From Octopus sinensis (Eukaryota), in assembly GCF_006345805.1 (NCBI RefSeq), contig NC_042997.1, positions 21,080,001 to 21,144,000 on the forward strand: a DNA stretch of 64,000 bases. Reading direction: 5' to 3'. This document shows positions 33,340 to 45,948 of the stretch, piece after piece. Under the pieces are notes generated by a model. That model saw only the letters and a program-made list of their open reading frames with translations, had not been told where the DNA came from and searched no databases. Made by a program: the position numbers and the translations under genes. Each line of letters begins with the position of its first letter. Positions within the stretch are counted from its first letter, which is position 1.

Positions 33340-33340
<1 letters not shown>
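32950..33340. repeat. Rearranged relative of the 26040-26400 repeat
   Basis: 32950-33030 matches about 26170-26250 in direct orientation; 33090-33160 and 33200-33340 match about 26060-26120 and 26220-26340 in inverted orientation. Confidence 0.7.
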
Positions 33341-33378
<38 letters not shown>

Positions 33379-33381
<3 letters not shown>

Positions 33382-33546
33382 CGTAGGAGTGGATGTGCGG
33401 TAAGTAGCTTGCTTACCAACCACATGGTTCTGGCTTCAGTCCCACTGCATGGTACCTTGGGCAAGAGTCTTCTACTATAGCCTCGGGCCAACCTTGTGAA
33501 ACTGAAAGACGGAAACTGAAAGACGGAAACTGAAAGAACCCTGTCG

Positions 33547-33626
<80 letters not shown>

Positions 33627-33880
33627 CATGTATATATGTATGTGTGTGTGTGTGCGTGTATGTTTGTGTGTCTGTGTTTGTCCCCCAACATCGCTTAACA
33701 ACCGATGCTGGTGTATTTACGTCCCCGTAATTAAGTGGTTCGGCAAAAGAGACCGATAGAATAGGTACTAGGCTTACAAAGAATAAGTCTTGGGGTCGAT
33801 TTGCTCGATTAAAGGCGGTTCTCCAGCATGGCCACAGTCACATGACTGAAACAAGTAAAAATGTAAAGAGAGTAAAGAAT
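33379..33880 (+). mobile_element. SINE family A, full length
   Basis: Complete head, core, microsatellite and tail; GAAACTGAAAGA(CG) occurs three times in tandem at about 33498-33538. Confidence 0.9.
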
Positions 33881-34184
33881 ATATATATCATCAGTAGTTC
33901 ATATATCCGGAATAAAAGCACTCTCTAAAATATTAGAGCAGTAATATATTTTTAGGAGGTTGATTGTTATGGCTGGCCAGAGTGTGACCATTGGTTCCGC
34001 TCCTATAAAGCGCTTAGTTTAATAGGCCTCTCGTCAGGTTCTTGTGAGCTTTTGGAAAAATGCCTATATCAGCATCAAAAACTATCTGAATCTGACGAGT
34101 CCCCTATACAGCTAAACGCCTTATAGGTGCAAAGCAAATGGTTACCTTCTGACCGGCCATAACATCAACCTTCTAATAATCTAG

Positions 34185-34410
34185 GGCGGTGAGCTGGCAG
34201 AATCGTATGTACGCCGGACGTAATGCTTAGTAGTATTTCGTCTGCTGCTACATTCTGAGTTCAAATTCCGCCGAGGTCGACTTTGCCTTTCATCCTTTCG
34301 GGGTCCATTACATAAGTACCAGTTACGCACAGAGGTCGATGTAATCGACTTAATCCCTTTGCCTGTCCCTGTTTGTCTTTATGTTTAGCTCCTTGTGAGC
34401 AATAAATACA
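34185..34410 (+). mobile_element. SINE family C
   Basis: GGCGGTGAGCTGGCAGAATCG...GAGTTCAAATTCCGCCGAGGTCGACTTTGCCTTTCATCC. Confidence 0.88.
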
Positions 34411-36135
34411 TAAATTGCTTCTCAACCTTGTGGTCTTGGCTCTAATCTCACTGGCCTGAACCTTCAGAAAATGTCGTGTCTTCTATTATGGTCCCGGGCC
34501 TTGTGAGACAATTTGGTAGTCTTGTGAAACGATTTGGTGGAAGGTAACCGATTGACACTCGTCGCGCGTGCGCGCGTGTATAAATGGGTCTATATGTATA
34601 TTCCTATGTGCATATGTATCTTTGTGCACCTGTCTAGGCATCATGTGATGGTTGTAAATGGGAATCTTCGTCATACAAGCGAGGATGTTCTTTTCAAGGC
34701 TTCCGAGAAAAATACGTCTAGCCATAGCAAATATTACTTCGGTTGGGAACCTGTGACAGTTGGCGACAGAAAGAGTGTCTGACTGTAGAAAATTTGCCTG
34801 AACAAATTCCATCTGGCCCACGCAAGCATGGAAAAGTGGACGTGAAGTTAAACAATTGTATTGTATGTGATTGTATGTGTGTATACATGTATGTAGTTAT
34901 GTATGTATGTGATTATTTTTGTATGTATATGTGCGTATGTATACATACATACATACATGCATACATACATACATGCATACATACATACAAACATACATAC
35001 ATACATACATACATACATACATACATACATACATACATACATGCATACATACATACATGCATATATACATACATGTACGTTACATTATATTACACATGCA
35101 TACAGACATATAGTCCACCAGTACTCGTACGTGTATCGAGGAAGAGGGCAATGCTTAACTCAATAAAAGACTCTATACATTATATATGTAAAGTCCATAT
35201 TAATTTATTAAGTTAGTAATACCTTACAGCAGTACAGCTGTTTGAATACCTCGTTTTATACCATGAAATATAGGAAATTACCATTGATCTGATATAGCAA
35301 TTATTGAAACAACTACCCATGGAAAGCATAACATCCTTAGTAAATGTATGTGTTCATCTATGTATGCATGTAAGCATGCATGCATGTATACACGCACGCA
35401 TGTATGTATGTATGTGTGTATGTATGTATGTATGTATGTATGTATGTATGTATCTATGTATCTATGTTTGCATGTATGTTTATTTGTTTGTTGTCTTTCC
35501 TATGTCAATCTAGAGTTAATTTTGACCGGCCACCTGCTTGGTAGCAAGGTTGTGAAAGAAAGCATCTTCTGTTCATCATATTTTAAATTTTAAGAAGGTC
35601 TTGCAGTTTTTATAGTGCGAGATATAGTGTATAAGGGTTAAGGAGTTGCGTTCTCTTCCCAAGGTTCTAAATTCAGCTATCCTCTGCTCCACACAAGTTG
35701 GTACATATTCAGTTGCTCCAACAATAATAGTGTTCTAGATTTGCAAACTCTTTATCAATGGTCCATAGACGTCCTCATTCGCCTGTATTTTTCTAACCAC
35801 ATCGGTGTCCAGAAGGCTGCTGATTTTAACAACAATATCCTACACAACAATATCTAGTCAGCTGTGTTTTAGCTTATGTATTATATTCAAACTGAAAATA
35901 AGAAGAAAATGGCAGTCATAGAAGAAAGAATTTTCGTGAGAAATTATTAGATAGATGCGTAATGCATGGTTCACGAGATTTTAAGATATAATACAAATGA
36001 GGAGTGGGCTACTGTTCGATAGGATAGGCTCTTGTAAAATATGACACCTTACTTTGAGGACATACGTTGCAAATGTAATGCATAGAAGTGACATGTTATT
36101 GAAATATATTATTTAATGAATATTTGCCAGAATAC

Positions 36136-36540
36136 AGGCGCAGGAGTGGCTGTGTGGTAAGTAGCTTGCTAACAAACCACATGGTTCCGGGTTCAATCCC
36201 ACTGCGTGGCATCTTGGGCAAGTGTCTTCTGCTATAGCCCCGGGCCGACCAATGCCTTGTGAGTGGATTTGGTAGACGGAAACTGAAAGAAGCCTGTCGT
36301 ATATATGTATATATATGTATGTGTGTATGTGAGTGTGCCTGTGTTTGTCCCCCCTAGCATTGCTTGACAACCGATGCTGGTGTGTTTACGTTCCCGTCAC
36401 TTAGCGGTTCGGCAAAAGAGACCGATAGAATAAGTACTGGGCTTACAAAGAATAAGTCTCGGGGTCGATTTGCTCGACTAAAGGCGGTGCTCCAGCATGG
36501 CCGCAGTCAAATGACTGAAACAAGTAAAAGAGTAAAAGAG
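36136..36540 (+). mobile_element. SINE family A, full length, low divergence
   Basis: AGGCGCAGGAGTGGCTGTGTGG...GTAAAAGAGTAAAAGAG, with many CpGs retained. Confidence 0.92.
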
Positions 36541-36974
36541 AGAAAGAGAGATAATTAGATGATTTGCTATTGTTGTCGTCTCGAACAGAAATGGGGCAAC
36601 TTTCAAAAATGTTCGAGGAACAATGGTACTGAAATACATTGTTGTTGATTTAATTGTATTTAAGGTCCATCTTCCGACTAAGATCAAACGTCAGAAATAT
36701 ATTTTTTAATCTAACTTGTAATTATTTGTTTCAAATAGTTACAATTGTGTTTTAAAACATAGAAAATTGGAGGTGACAACCGTCGCCCTTATTTTGAAAC
36801 TCTGCTTTTCATAGAAATTTCATTATTATATTTCATAAAATAATAGGTTTGGCAGTGTGAACAATTTTTGAAATTCACCCTTCATAGATGGAAGACAAAG
36901 TCAATGCTACCTTGCGTGAAATGTTTCTCCCTCTCTGATCTAGAACGTATGTATCTATTGAAACTACACCAGAT

Positions 36975-38426
36975 CGGGTCTAGTTGTTAGACGGGTAAGT
37001 TGTTACAAGCCCATTGTTTCCAACTTCAATAATAGGTGGCACTCAGGTCTCTACCTCGTGAAGGCCAACTCCATAGCAGCATGACTGCACATGTGTATTG
37101 CACTGGCGGCCTGTCACATTAATCCCGCTTTCGTGTGAGCTAGGAGAGACCGGGTCTAGTTTTTACATTTTTTAATTTTTTATTTTGCCTTGGCACGCAC
37201 ATAAATGAACACAACTGAAGTTTCTTTTCAGATTTAATTAGTAAGGCACCTCTATTATTATCACCAGCAAAAACCAGAAATTACATAACATTAATTAGAC
37301 AGGTTATAATTAATGAAGTGGTGTCAGCTGTAACAATTTGCCCTGAGTGCGGGGTACGTTGTTACACTTACTGGGGTACTTTGTTACAACTGTCGATAAC
37401 TCAGAATTATGTTAACAATCAAATTTAAAATGAATACGTCTCCTGCTTCTTGCATCTATGAAGTATTATTTTGATTAATTAACAGTGCTTTGAACCACTT
37501 CATATTCTAACCGTGATACTGAGAGTCCTCATCAGCTAATTTCCCCATTGTTACATGTGCCATCTAGTCGGAATCGTCCTCTATTAACTTCTCACCACAC
37601 AGATCACACAGAAAGCCCTGTCGTTCATCGGTACAGTCAGTGTGTGCCCAGTCTTTACAGATCATGCATTGCACCCATTCTTCACCTGGAAGGGAAGTGG
37701 AATACCAATCTGAGCAGACAAGGCATTTCCAATTGGCGACTTGCTGTGAGGCTGCTTCCCATTGCCTTAACCTGTTTTAGCTGACTTTACCTTCCTCTTT
37801 GTTGCCTTTTCTGTACAAGTTGCCTTCTTTGGTTTGGATTTCCGTTCATTTATTTTATCTATTATGTGCTGTTTTACGGGGGTTTGGGTTAGAATGGCTG
37901 TTTAGCACCACTTGCGACTTCCACAACGTCGACCTGTCTTCCTGGGGGAAGCCTTCCTTAATGGGTGCAACATCTCTGGGCTTGTAACAACACCAGCAAG
38001 AAAACTTAGGCCTGGTGTAGGTTGCTCGGGGTAAGTTGATACACTGTAACAATTAGCCCCGGCCATGGATTTCTGTTGATTACCTCGTACACAGCACTAG
38101 CAATGCATGACATTCAGGACATACCTTCATGTATCGAAGGCAACTTCCAACACTTCCTAATGAGCCACAAACTACTTCAGTAACGCCACTTGTGCTTTAG
38201 TAGTTAAGGAAATAACTTTGTGGCCAAATTTCCCGTTTGGAGTAAAATATCGTTTTTTGAGCCATACCTTTCCTGGTGACAGACCGCCAGTGCAATACAC
38301 ATATGCAGTCATGATGCTAAGGAGTTGGCCTTCACGAGGTAGAGACCGAGTGCCACCTATTTCTTGAAGTTGGAAACAATGGGCTTGTAACAACTTACCC
38401 GTGTAACAACTAGACCCGGTCTCCCC
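36975..38426 (-). mobile_element. Pogo-like non-autonomous DNA transposon (no DDE domain seen, C-terminus retained) with a duplicated left end
   Basis: Termini TA-GGAGAGACCGGGTCTAGTT (37141) and AACTAGACCCGGTCTCCCC-TA (38428). 36975-37117 is an inverted copy of 38276-38418. Internal minus-strand remnants include VTSPEMLHPLRKASPRKTGRR, AILTQTP and a PHD finger. Confidence 0.8.
37564..37776 (-). pseudogene. Open frame encoding an intact C4HC3 PHD finger (transposase C-terminus)
   Basis: WKCLVCSDWYSTSLPGEEWVQCMICKDWAHTDCTDERQGFLCDLCGEKLIEDDSD*, i.e. C-x2-C-x15-C-x2-C-x4-H-x2-C-x8-C-x2-C. There is no ATG upstream of the domain, so it is absent from the ORF track. Confidence 0.85.
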
Positions 38427-39147
38427 TATATATCGATTTGTCTATTCTATATTTTGTTATAACAGATTAATTACTGAAAACTATTAACTATTAACCAAAC
38501 GTTGTACAGTGTTTTAAAACGTTTTTAAACTTCTCATTTTGAATAAGAATATATTTGAAAGGCAGTGAAATTTCAACATTTTATTTATTTATTGTAGAAT
38601 TAGTCCGGCTTGGATATGACTCAGAATTTTTCAATTTAACTCACAAAGTCTCTGCAAATAACTTTATGTTTCATAAACATGTCTATTGTCTCAGAGGGAA
38701 CATTTCTCCTCTGAACACTCTAGCAATATGCCTATTTTAATGTATATTTTATATTTCGTAAGTTGGATAAAGCAATACAATACGAGCTAACCTATATGCC
38801 CACATAGTCATGCATGAAACTTAAACAATGCACTGGCAATTAATCTTTGTTTTATTTCTTTGTGCTGTCGTTTCTTTCTTGGAGAATGTCTTAAATAAAA
38901 ATAACCAATTACTGTCAGATTCAAGTTGGAAATTCAAGGTTCCTAGGAATGATCATTGAAGCAGGGAACAAATTTGTGCATTGTCACCATAAAAATAACC
39001 GAACAGCCATTACAAAATGGCTGATGCTTCTATGTTAATGCCATCCATAGCTTCATGGCCTGTGATCTCCTTTAGCAAGCAGAAACATTGCCGTCAAAAC
39101 CCATAATGCAAATTCTTCATGCAGTTTATGGGGAAACTCATAAAATC

Positions 39148-39178
<31 letters not shown>

Positions 39179-39909
39179 AATGTTAAAAATTTTAATGATG
39201 ATAAATAAAATGCTGCAGTATTTTTCATACTTTTAGAATATATTTTCTCTCGTTCATGTCAAAAAATATTTCATAATACATTATTTACAGATTACACAGT
39301 CCGAATCATATGCAAGCTACATCGGTAGGAAATTATATTGTATAAATAATATCAGTGCCTTATAACCGAAAACGTCACACTAACTATTTGAGTTACATAA
39401 ACTTTCACTGTTCCATTGATTTTTTTTTCTTTCCTTGAAATTCTCACGTCAATGAAGGAGCAAATACAATAGCAAGTGGATATAACTGACGAATGTAAAT
39501 AAGAGTGTTAAACTTAACCAGGTGTTTTTTCAGTCATTTGTCATAATCTGTTACAGGAAAGACAATGGTTTCCACATTGATTTCATATTAAACGTAAGGG
39601 GAAAGTGTTTCAAGAATAACAAAGGAAAAGTAAAACCGAATTTAAGTCTCAGGAAAGTATTGTATAAACATGTCAACCGGATTAATATTAGAGAGGAATA
39701 AGCTTACGTAACTATGACATGAGAATTAGAATTCTAATCAATCTTGAGAAAAAACATAAAAGAGTATTAAGCAGATTTATATATATGTGTATATATGAAA
39801 GAAGGTTTGAAAATGCAATTTTAAAAGTGAATAAACATCTTTTAAAATTACATTTTCAAACCTTCTTTCATATATAATTCCACTCGTGCGGTACCTTACA
39901 ACTTCACTT

Positions 39910-40100
39910 TGTTATATATATATGTATCGGTAGCCACTACACACATTTCTTCTCTCCTTGTTTCTTTCTATGTTCCTTTCAGTGGAAGAGCGTAGGCTCG
40001 AAACGTAAAACACTTTTTCAATTCCTGAGCGTTATACTAATACATCTGTTTGTTTCCTACACCACCTGTCTTCGTCTTTTGTTTTTCTCGTGAATTCTCC
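39910..40100 (+). repeat. Dispersed repeat, probably a Penelope-like 3' terminal remnant; inverted sister copy at about 60740-60880
   Basis: Both copies share GAAGAGCGTAGGCTCGAAAC and ..CCTGAG.GT..ACTAATACA, and both abut (TA)n. The class assignment is inference. Confidence 0.55.
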
Positions 40101-40102
40101 CC

Positions 40103-40233
<131 letters not shown>

Positions 40234-40273
40234 TATATTATATATATATATTATATGTATGTATGTATGTATG

Positions 40274-40307
<34 letters not shown>

Positions 40308-40327
40308 TATGTATATGTATGTATGTA

Positions 40328-40541
40328 TGCAGGAAGTGTTGAAATTTCCTGACCTTGGGTAAAAGAATACAAGAGGATCATTTAATTAAGATTTCATTCA
40401 ATATATTCCCCTCTCAGATTCACTCACTTATTGAAGCGGTCCTTTAGTTTTTCTAAGCCACTAAAAGAATTCGGAAGTTTGGGCCTTCAAATAGGCCTTT
40501 TACGACAACCTTAAAACCAGGAACTTTTCAGCACTACCTCG
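40328..40541. mobile_element. Mariner-derived MITE
   Basis: Decayed left TIR GCAGGAAGTGTTGAAATTTCCTG and right TIR CCAGGAACTTTTCAGCACTACCTCG-TA, similar to the TIR of the 15928 mariner. Confidence 0.7.
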
Positions 40542-41203
40542 TATGTATCTGTCAGGCATGCAGTGACCAACAACAAAATGTTATAGTCGAGTCTACTGCG
40601 TCTCTGACAATATATGCCTAGCTTGCGAATAAAAGTGTAAAGGGAACCGTGGCCGTTTGCGTGGTGATTGCATTTTATTGGTTAATTTTCAATCATCATC
40701 AACCAACGAGCGATAGTTTGGCATGCAGCTCTCTTCGTGCGTGCTTGTTCTGTTTGACGTGTCGAAGTGGAAGAGGAAGCTAATGGGCGTACGCCTCTGT
40801 GAGTGTGTGTATGTGTGTGTGTGCGTGCTAGTTCTTGAGTGTGGGAATGTGTGAGTGTGTGTGTGTGCGAGATCTTGTTCATGTGCGCGTGAGTATGTGC
40901 GTGCGAGCATGTTCTGTTTTTAAGTAATATATATGGATGAAGCCACTGGGTGTACTTGTGTGTGTATGTGTATGTGTGTGTGTGTGCAAACGTGTTCTGT
41001 TTTTATGCATTTTTGTGTGTGGAATGTAGATATAACAAAAACAATGTCGTATTTTAAACTTGAAAAATCCTTGCAAATTTGTTCTTACCTGTTTCATTTG
41101 TGTATGTAAAATCCGTAAATTTCAAAGAAGAAAACGAGATCAACGTCGAAAACGCCGTATTAGTTATGATAGTCCATGAGGATTTTTTTTAAACTACAAA
41201 AGA

Positions 41204-41421
41204 GCTGAAATATTGCAACATGCATCAAAGAGCCGAAATATTGCAGCATGCATTAGAAAGCCGAAATATTGCAACATGCATCAAAGAGCCGAAATATTGC
41301 AGCATGCATTAGAAAGCCGAAATATTGCAACATGCATCATAGAGCCGAAATATTGCAGCATGCATTAGAAAGCCGAAATATTGCAACATGCATCAAAAAG
41401 CCGAAATATTGCAACATGCAT
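41204..41421. repeat. 28 bp minisatellite, about 7.8 copies, alternating A/B monomers (56 bp dimer)
   Basis: GCCGAAATATTGCAACATGCATCAAAGA alternates with GCCGAAATATTGCAGCATGCATTAGAAA; units start at 41204, 41232, ... 41400. Confidence 0.95.
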
Positions 41422-42184
41422 GGAGAAAAGGAAGAAATGTAAATTAACACTTACTATTGATTAAAGGAAATGAAAAAGAAAGAAATATAAATGATATTGA
41501 TTTCTATCAATTTTAAAGTTAAATTAAACAAGAACTTTAGGACTATACATGAACGTGCTCGGACGCACACACACTCACACACTTACACACACACACAAGA
41601 ACAAGTACGCACATACAGATACACACACTCACACACACACACACAAGAACAAGCACGCACACACACAAGAACAAGTGCGCACACACTGACGTACACCCAT
41701 TAGCTGTCACACCACTAAGAAAAATACGGTACATATATAAAATATTACAAGCGTTGCCTTAAAATGTACGAAAGTGGAATTCGAAAATGCGCACGCTTAA
41801 AAGGGTTATAGAATGTCTTAACAAACCTTAAAAAGTATGGGACTAGCATTGTTGCTCAAACATATTGGAATCACTATATGTTGTAAATTCTGTGGTATCC
41901 TTTTATCACAAGAAATTAGTTTAGTTCATCGAAATTAAGATATATTAAAAATTAATTTGGTTAAATTACGTATACTCAGTTTTAACAAAACAATTGTACA
42001 AAAACTGTCATCTTTACGCAATAATTCGATCTATGAATGATAACTTTTATAAATTTACAACTAATCAAACAAAAATGATTTAGTAATAATTTATTTAATT
42101 CGAATAACTATGCCATTAATATGTATATCATAATGCTAATTATCTTTGCTTATAATTATTTCAGTCTCGTACTTTCGCTGTTAT

Positions 42185-42569
42185 GTGGAAGCACTCCGTC
42201 GGTTACGGCGACGAGGGTTCCGGTTGATCCGATCAACGGAGCAGCCTGCTCGTGAAATTAACGTGTAAGTGGCTGAGCACTCCATAGACACGTGTACCCT
42301 TAACGTAGTTCTCGGGGATATTCAGCGTGACACAGAGAGTGACAAGGCCGGCCCTTTGAAATACAGGTACAACAGAAACAGGAAATAAGAGTGAGAGAAA
42401 GTTGTGGTGAAAGAGTACAGCAGGGATCACCACCATCCCCTGCTAGAGCCTCGTGGAGCTTTAGGTGTTTTCGCTCAATAAACACTCACAACGCCCGGTC
42501 TGGGAATCGAAACCGCGATCCTACGACCGCGAGTCCGCTGCTCTAACCACTGGGCCATTGCGCCTCCAC
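42185..42569 (-). mobile_element. SINE family D, full length, young, with 12 bp target-site duplication
   Basis: Head GTGGAGGCGCAATGGCCCAGTGGTTAGAGC...GGTTTCGATTCCC; TSD TTTCGCTGTTAT at 42173-42184 and 42571-42582; CpG-rich. Confidence 0.92.
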
Positions 42570-42654
42570 TTTTCGCTGTTATATAGACTTCGTCATAAAT
42601 CCAGTTTTTTTTTTAATTATCATGGAAATTTGCATGCAATGTGAAATATGTTTT

Positions 42655-42862
42655 TTTAGTTAGTTAGTTAGTTAATTTTTTGGCTCAAAAAGCAAAAAAG
42701 CAAGGCCATGTATGGGGACATGGAGTTATGTACAGGGTGGTGTTCATGTAAAGAGTTCAGGCCACTTGTAGTCAAGGGAGACTTTGAACCGAGCGGTCGT
42801 CGGCATCTTCACCATCCCGTCCGGCAGCTTATTCCACGGATCCGCAACCCGGTCAGAGAAAT
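42655..42862 (-). mobile_element. CR1-type LINE 3' end
   Basis: Minus frame FSDRVADPWNKLPDGMVKMPTTARFKVSLDYKW resembles the CR1 ORF2 C-terminus; short 3' UTR ending in (TAAC)n. Confidence 0.75.
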
Positions 42863-43734
42863 GTGTTCTCAAGAAAAATCTCAGCAAAAAGCCAAAATGT
42901 AAATATAAACAAGACAAATGAAAATATACGAAATAATAAACGATTACCTACGTACCATTAGTTTCACTTGTTAATATTTACGTACATGGACACGCAAATA
43001 TCTGCAAGATCATCAGCATAGTCTGTCGTTTACAAAACACAATTTCCAGAACTAGATTCAGAACGCTCAACCGAAATCTATCATGTATAAAGTTCTTCAA
43101 ATTATATTCAGGTGATCGCGACCTGTTCACTGACAAAATTTCGTGCTGCATCTGAGAAAGTAACAGTTAGTTCATAATATATATGTACGTATGTATGTGT
43201 GTATGTATGTATGCATGTATGTATGTATGTATGTATGTATGTATGTGCGTATGCATGTATGTGTGTGTACATATATGTGCGTACGCATATGTGTACATGC
43301 GTATGCATGTGTGCATGCTTATACGCATGTATGTATATAAGTATGTTCATGTATGTACGTGAGTATTTAGGTAAGAGTGTAGACGTTTCTGTGTGTGTGT
43401 ACATGTGTATGTACATGTGAACGTATGTTTATGTAATGATATCTGTCTGTTCAAGTTGTATATATGACTGTTACTTGGTTGAAGGTTGTATACACATATA
43501 GATGTATATAGACACACACAAACACACATATATATACATATGTGTGTGTTTGTGCGTTTGTCCCTCTCACCACCGTCTAACGGTGAATGGATTCAACGTC
43601 TTAGATATATATATATATATGCACATATAACCTTAGTAATACATATATAATTATAAGTAAGGTTATATGTGCATATATGTATCTAAGACGTTGTATCCAT
43701 TCACCGTTAGACGGTGGTGAGAGGGACAAACGCA

Positions 43735-43777
<43 letters not shown>

Positions 43778-43781
<4 letters not shown>

Positions 43782-44660
43782 GGTAATTTGGCGGTGCAAA
43801 GTCTGGGTTGTAGGCAAGAAGAGGCAACAATTCCTGTCTCTCCTCAAGTTTGTGCTTTATCACTTTGGCAGAGTATGTTGGGGCATTGTCATGCGCGTCT
43901 TTGATTGACCAGTGCCGGGTAGCGGGCTTTCGAAGATCCTAAACATGCTACGGTTGTTCAGTATAAATGTTAGCGCTCACAACATGACCATCTGGAACCA
44001 GCGCAAAGTGTAACACCTCTTAAAAATTACCCCACGCACAAAATATGGCTTTCCGTTCAAACAGCCCTTGTTTATCAATAGATTCTGAAAGCTGCTCCTA
44101 ATGAAGCTACAGATTTCTCTTATTTGAATTATGAAAATAGATCTATTTTCTCCACAATTACAGTCCGGTACCAAAAATGAGATATTTCGAAGATTTACCA
44201 CCAGTTGTTTCTGCACGTTCACACATTGTTGTGCTTAGTCATTGGTAATTTCGTGTGGAGCTTCTTGACATCTTTTCCCAAGGCCGTTGTTGATTGATGG
44301 GCCATTGCGAAGAGCTAAATTCTGCCGACGACGTACGAGTGCTTGTGCTTGGTTGTTGATCAACCATTTCAAACAAGACTCCAAACAGCTACTCTCCTTA
44401 ACCTTAGTTTATTTCCGAGTCTGGAGTCACCTTCAATGAAACGTCTTGACCAGTTTTGCGCCACATCATTAATTTCTTTTACCGCTGCCCTTGCACTCTG
44501 GCTCCTTTATTCCAAATGTAGCATAAAATGGCTCTAACTTCAATGTTTTCACTACTCATTATTGAAGCTGTAAAGTAACGAATACACAAATGATATTTAG
44601 ATGCTATTTACCAAATAAACAATAAACAATCCACTAACGATTTGACAACAAATTGTGTGA
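43778..44660 (-). mobile_element. Highly decayed mariner transposase fossil
   Basis: Minus-strand remnants EVRAILCYIWNKG, AQNWSRRFIEGD, HDN and LAYNPDFAPPNYH (compare HPPYSPDLAPSDYH). Confidence 0.75.
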
Positions 44661-45399
44661 AAGTAATGATATAACATGGAGAAACCAGTTACTAAATATC
44701 ACCAGTGATAATTTGAAATAAATTTTTGATTCAACCTGGTACTATAACCTCGATTTAACTAAAATCTTGCCAATGGAATATAGTAGATGGAAATTGTGTG
44801 TGTTGAAACAAATTGGAGGGACTATCCTTGTGTTGAGGTAGTATACTTAATTCGTCGTCCAGTTTATAAGCACCTCTTGGCCGTTAGCTGGCTCCAGCGA
44901 GATCTACTCTGTTGCAAGCATTCTAGTCAGGTTCCCAGATGGAGAAATTCCATTCCCCCAATAGTATCGGAGGCCCAGAAAAGCGTAATGGCCCTGCTTT
45001 GCGCATCTGACTGTCCTGAACACATATCTGTTCGTTTGTGTGTATGGGAGTGTATGTGCGCATGTGTGTTTAGATGCGTTTATATCAGTATTTTTTATAA
45101 TTATGTTTATCGATTGGCATAAAAACGAAAATTATTGCAGTCTATTTAATAGTTTTTCACCATATAGTAATATAACTGTGCATATTCCATAGAAAGTGCT
45201 TAAAATACTTTAGTATTTCAAGTGGCCCACTGATATTTGGATGTTGCTTTCTAAAATATAAAACAGCCGTAGATTACAAAGTAATTGTCTATAATTTGAC
45301 TCAGAAATTCTCGCACTGTGTTGCAAAAATATAGAGTTCTGTCGATTACCGTAAAATTTATATATAGATTCTTTACATGTCTTTTATATTTCAATTATT

Positions 45400-45948
45400 T
45401 TTGACGAGCAACCCCCCCCCCCCGTCCAATGGACGATGCTGAGTTGTCAAACACTTAAACCAAATTTTCTCAGAACAACTTGTCCGACCGTCTCATAGGC
45501 CTCCCCTTTGAGAAACACTGATTTAACCTAAATTTGAGACATCAACGAAAGAAGAAATAAAGATAGACTTTTTTCCTATTCCAAAGAAAAACGATTTTAT
45601 TCACTCAAATATGCAACTGAAGAGTTTAAGTACCAGTAATGATAAGGTTGTTGACTGGGAGAGCACAAACATGGTTTAAACAGTAAGCTTGGCAGGAAAG
45701 AAACGTACCTTTAAGCAGTACAAAACAACAAAAGATGAAAGGTGCAGTTATGTACAGGTTGATTGAAGAAAAGCAGGACAAAAACGACTGTATCACTTGG
45801 AATCGATTTTTGTAATTTTTTCAAGACTTATACACGCCCTGATACCATCGGTATCTACATATCAAATTTGAGCGCAATCGGATGGAGGATACCCGAGATC
45901 CTAGAAGACACGCACACACAGACAGAACGGATATTATATAATAGATAA
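45400..45948 (+). mobile_element. Possible Helitron/Helentron-associated non-autonomous element 3' region
   Basis: CAAATTTGAGCGCAATCGGATG...ACACACAGACAGA...TTATATAATAGAT resembles DINE/HINE-type ends; only one copy in the window. Confidence 0.4.

Noticed and set aside
36136-36215. tRNA genes at SINE heads (also 34185, 42500-42569, 55652)
   Set aside because: A/B-box-like motifs are present, but I could not fold a full cloverleaf and each head continues into a SINE body and tail.
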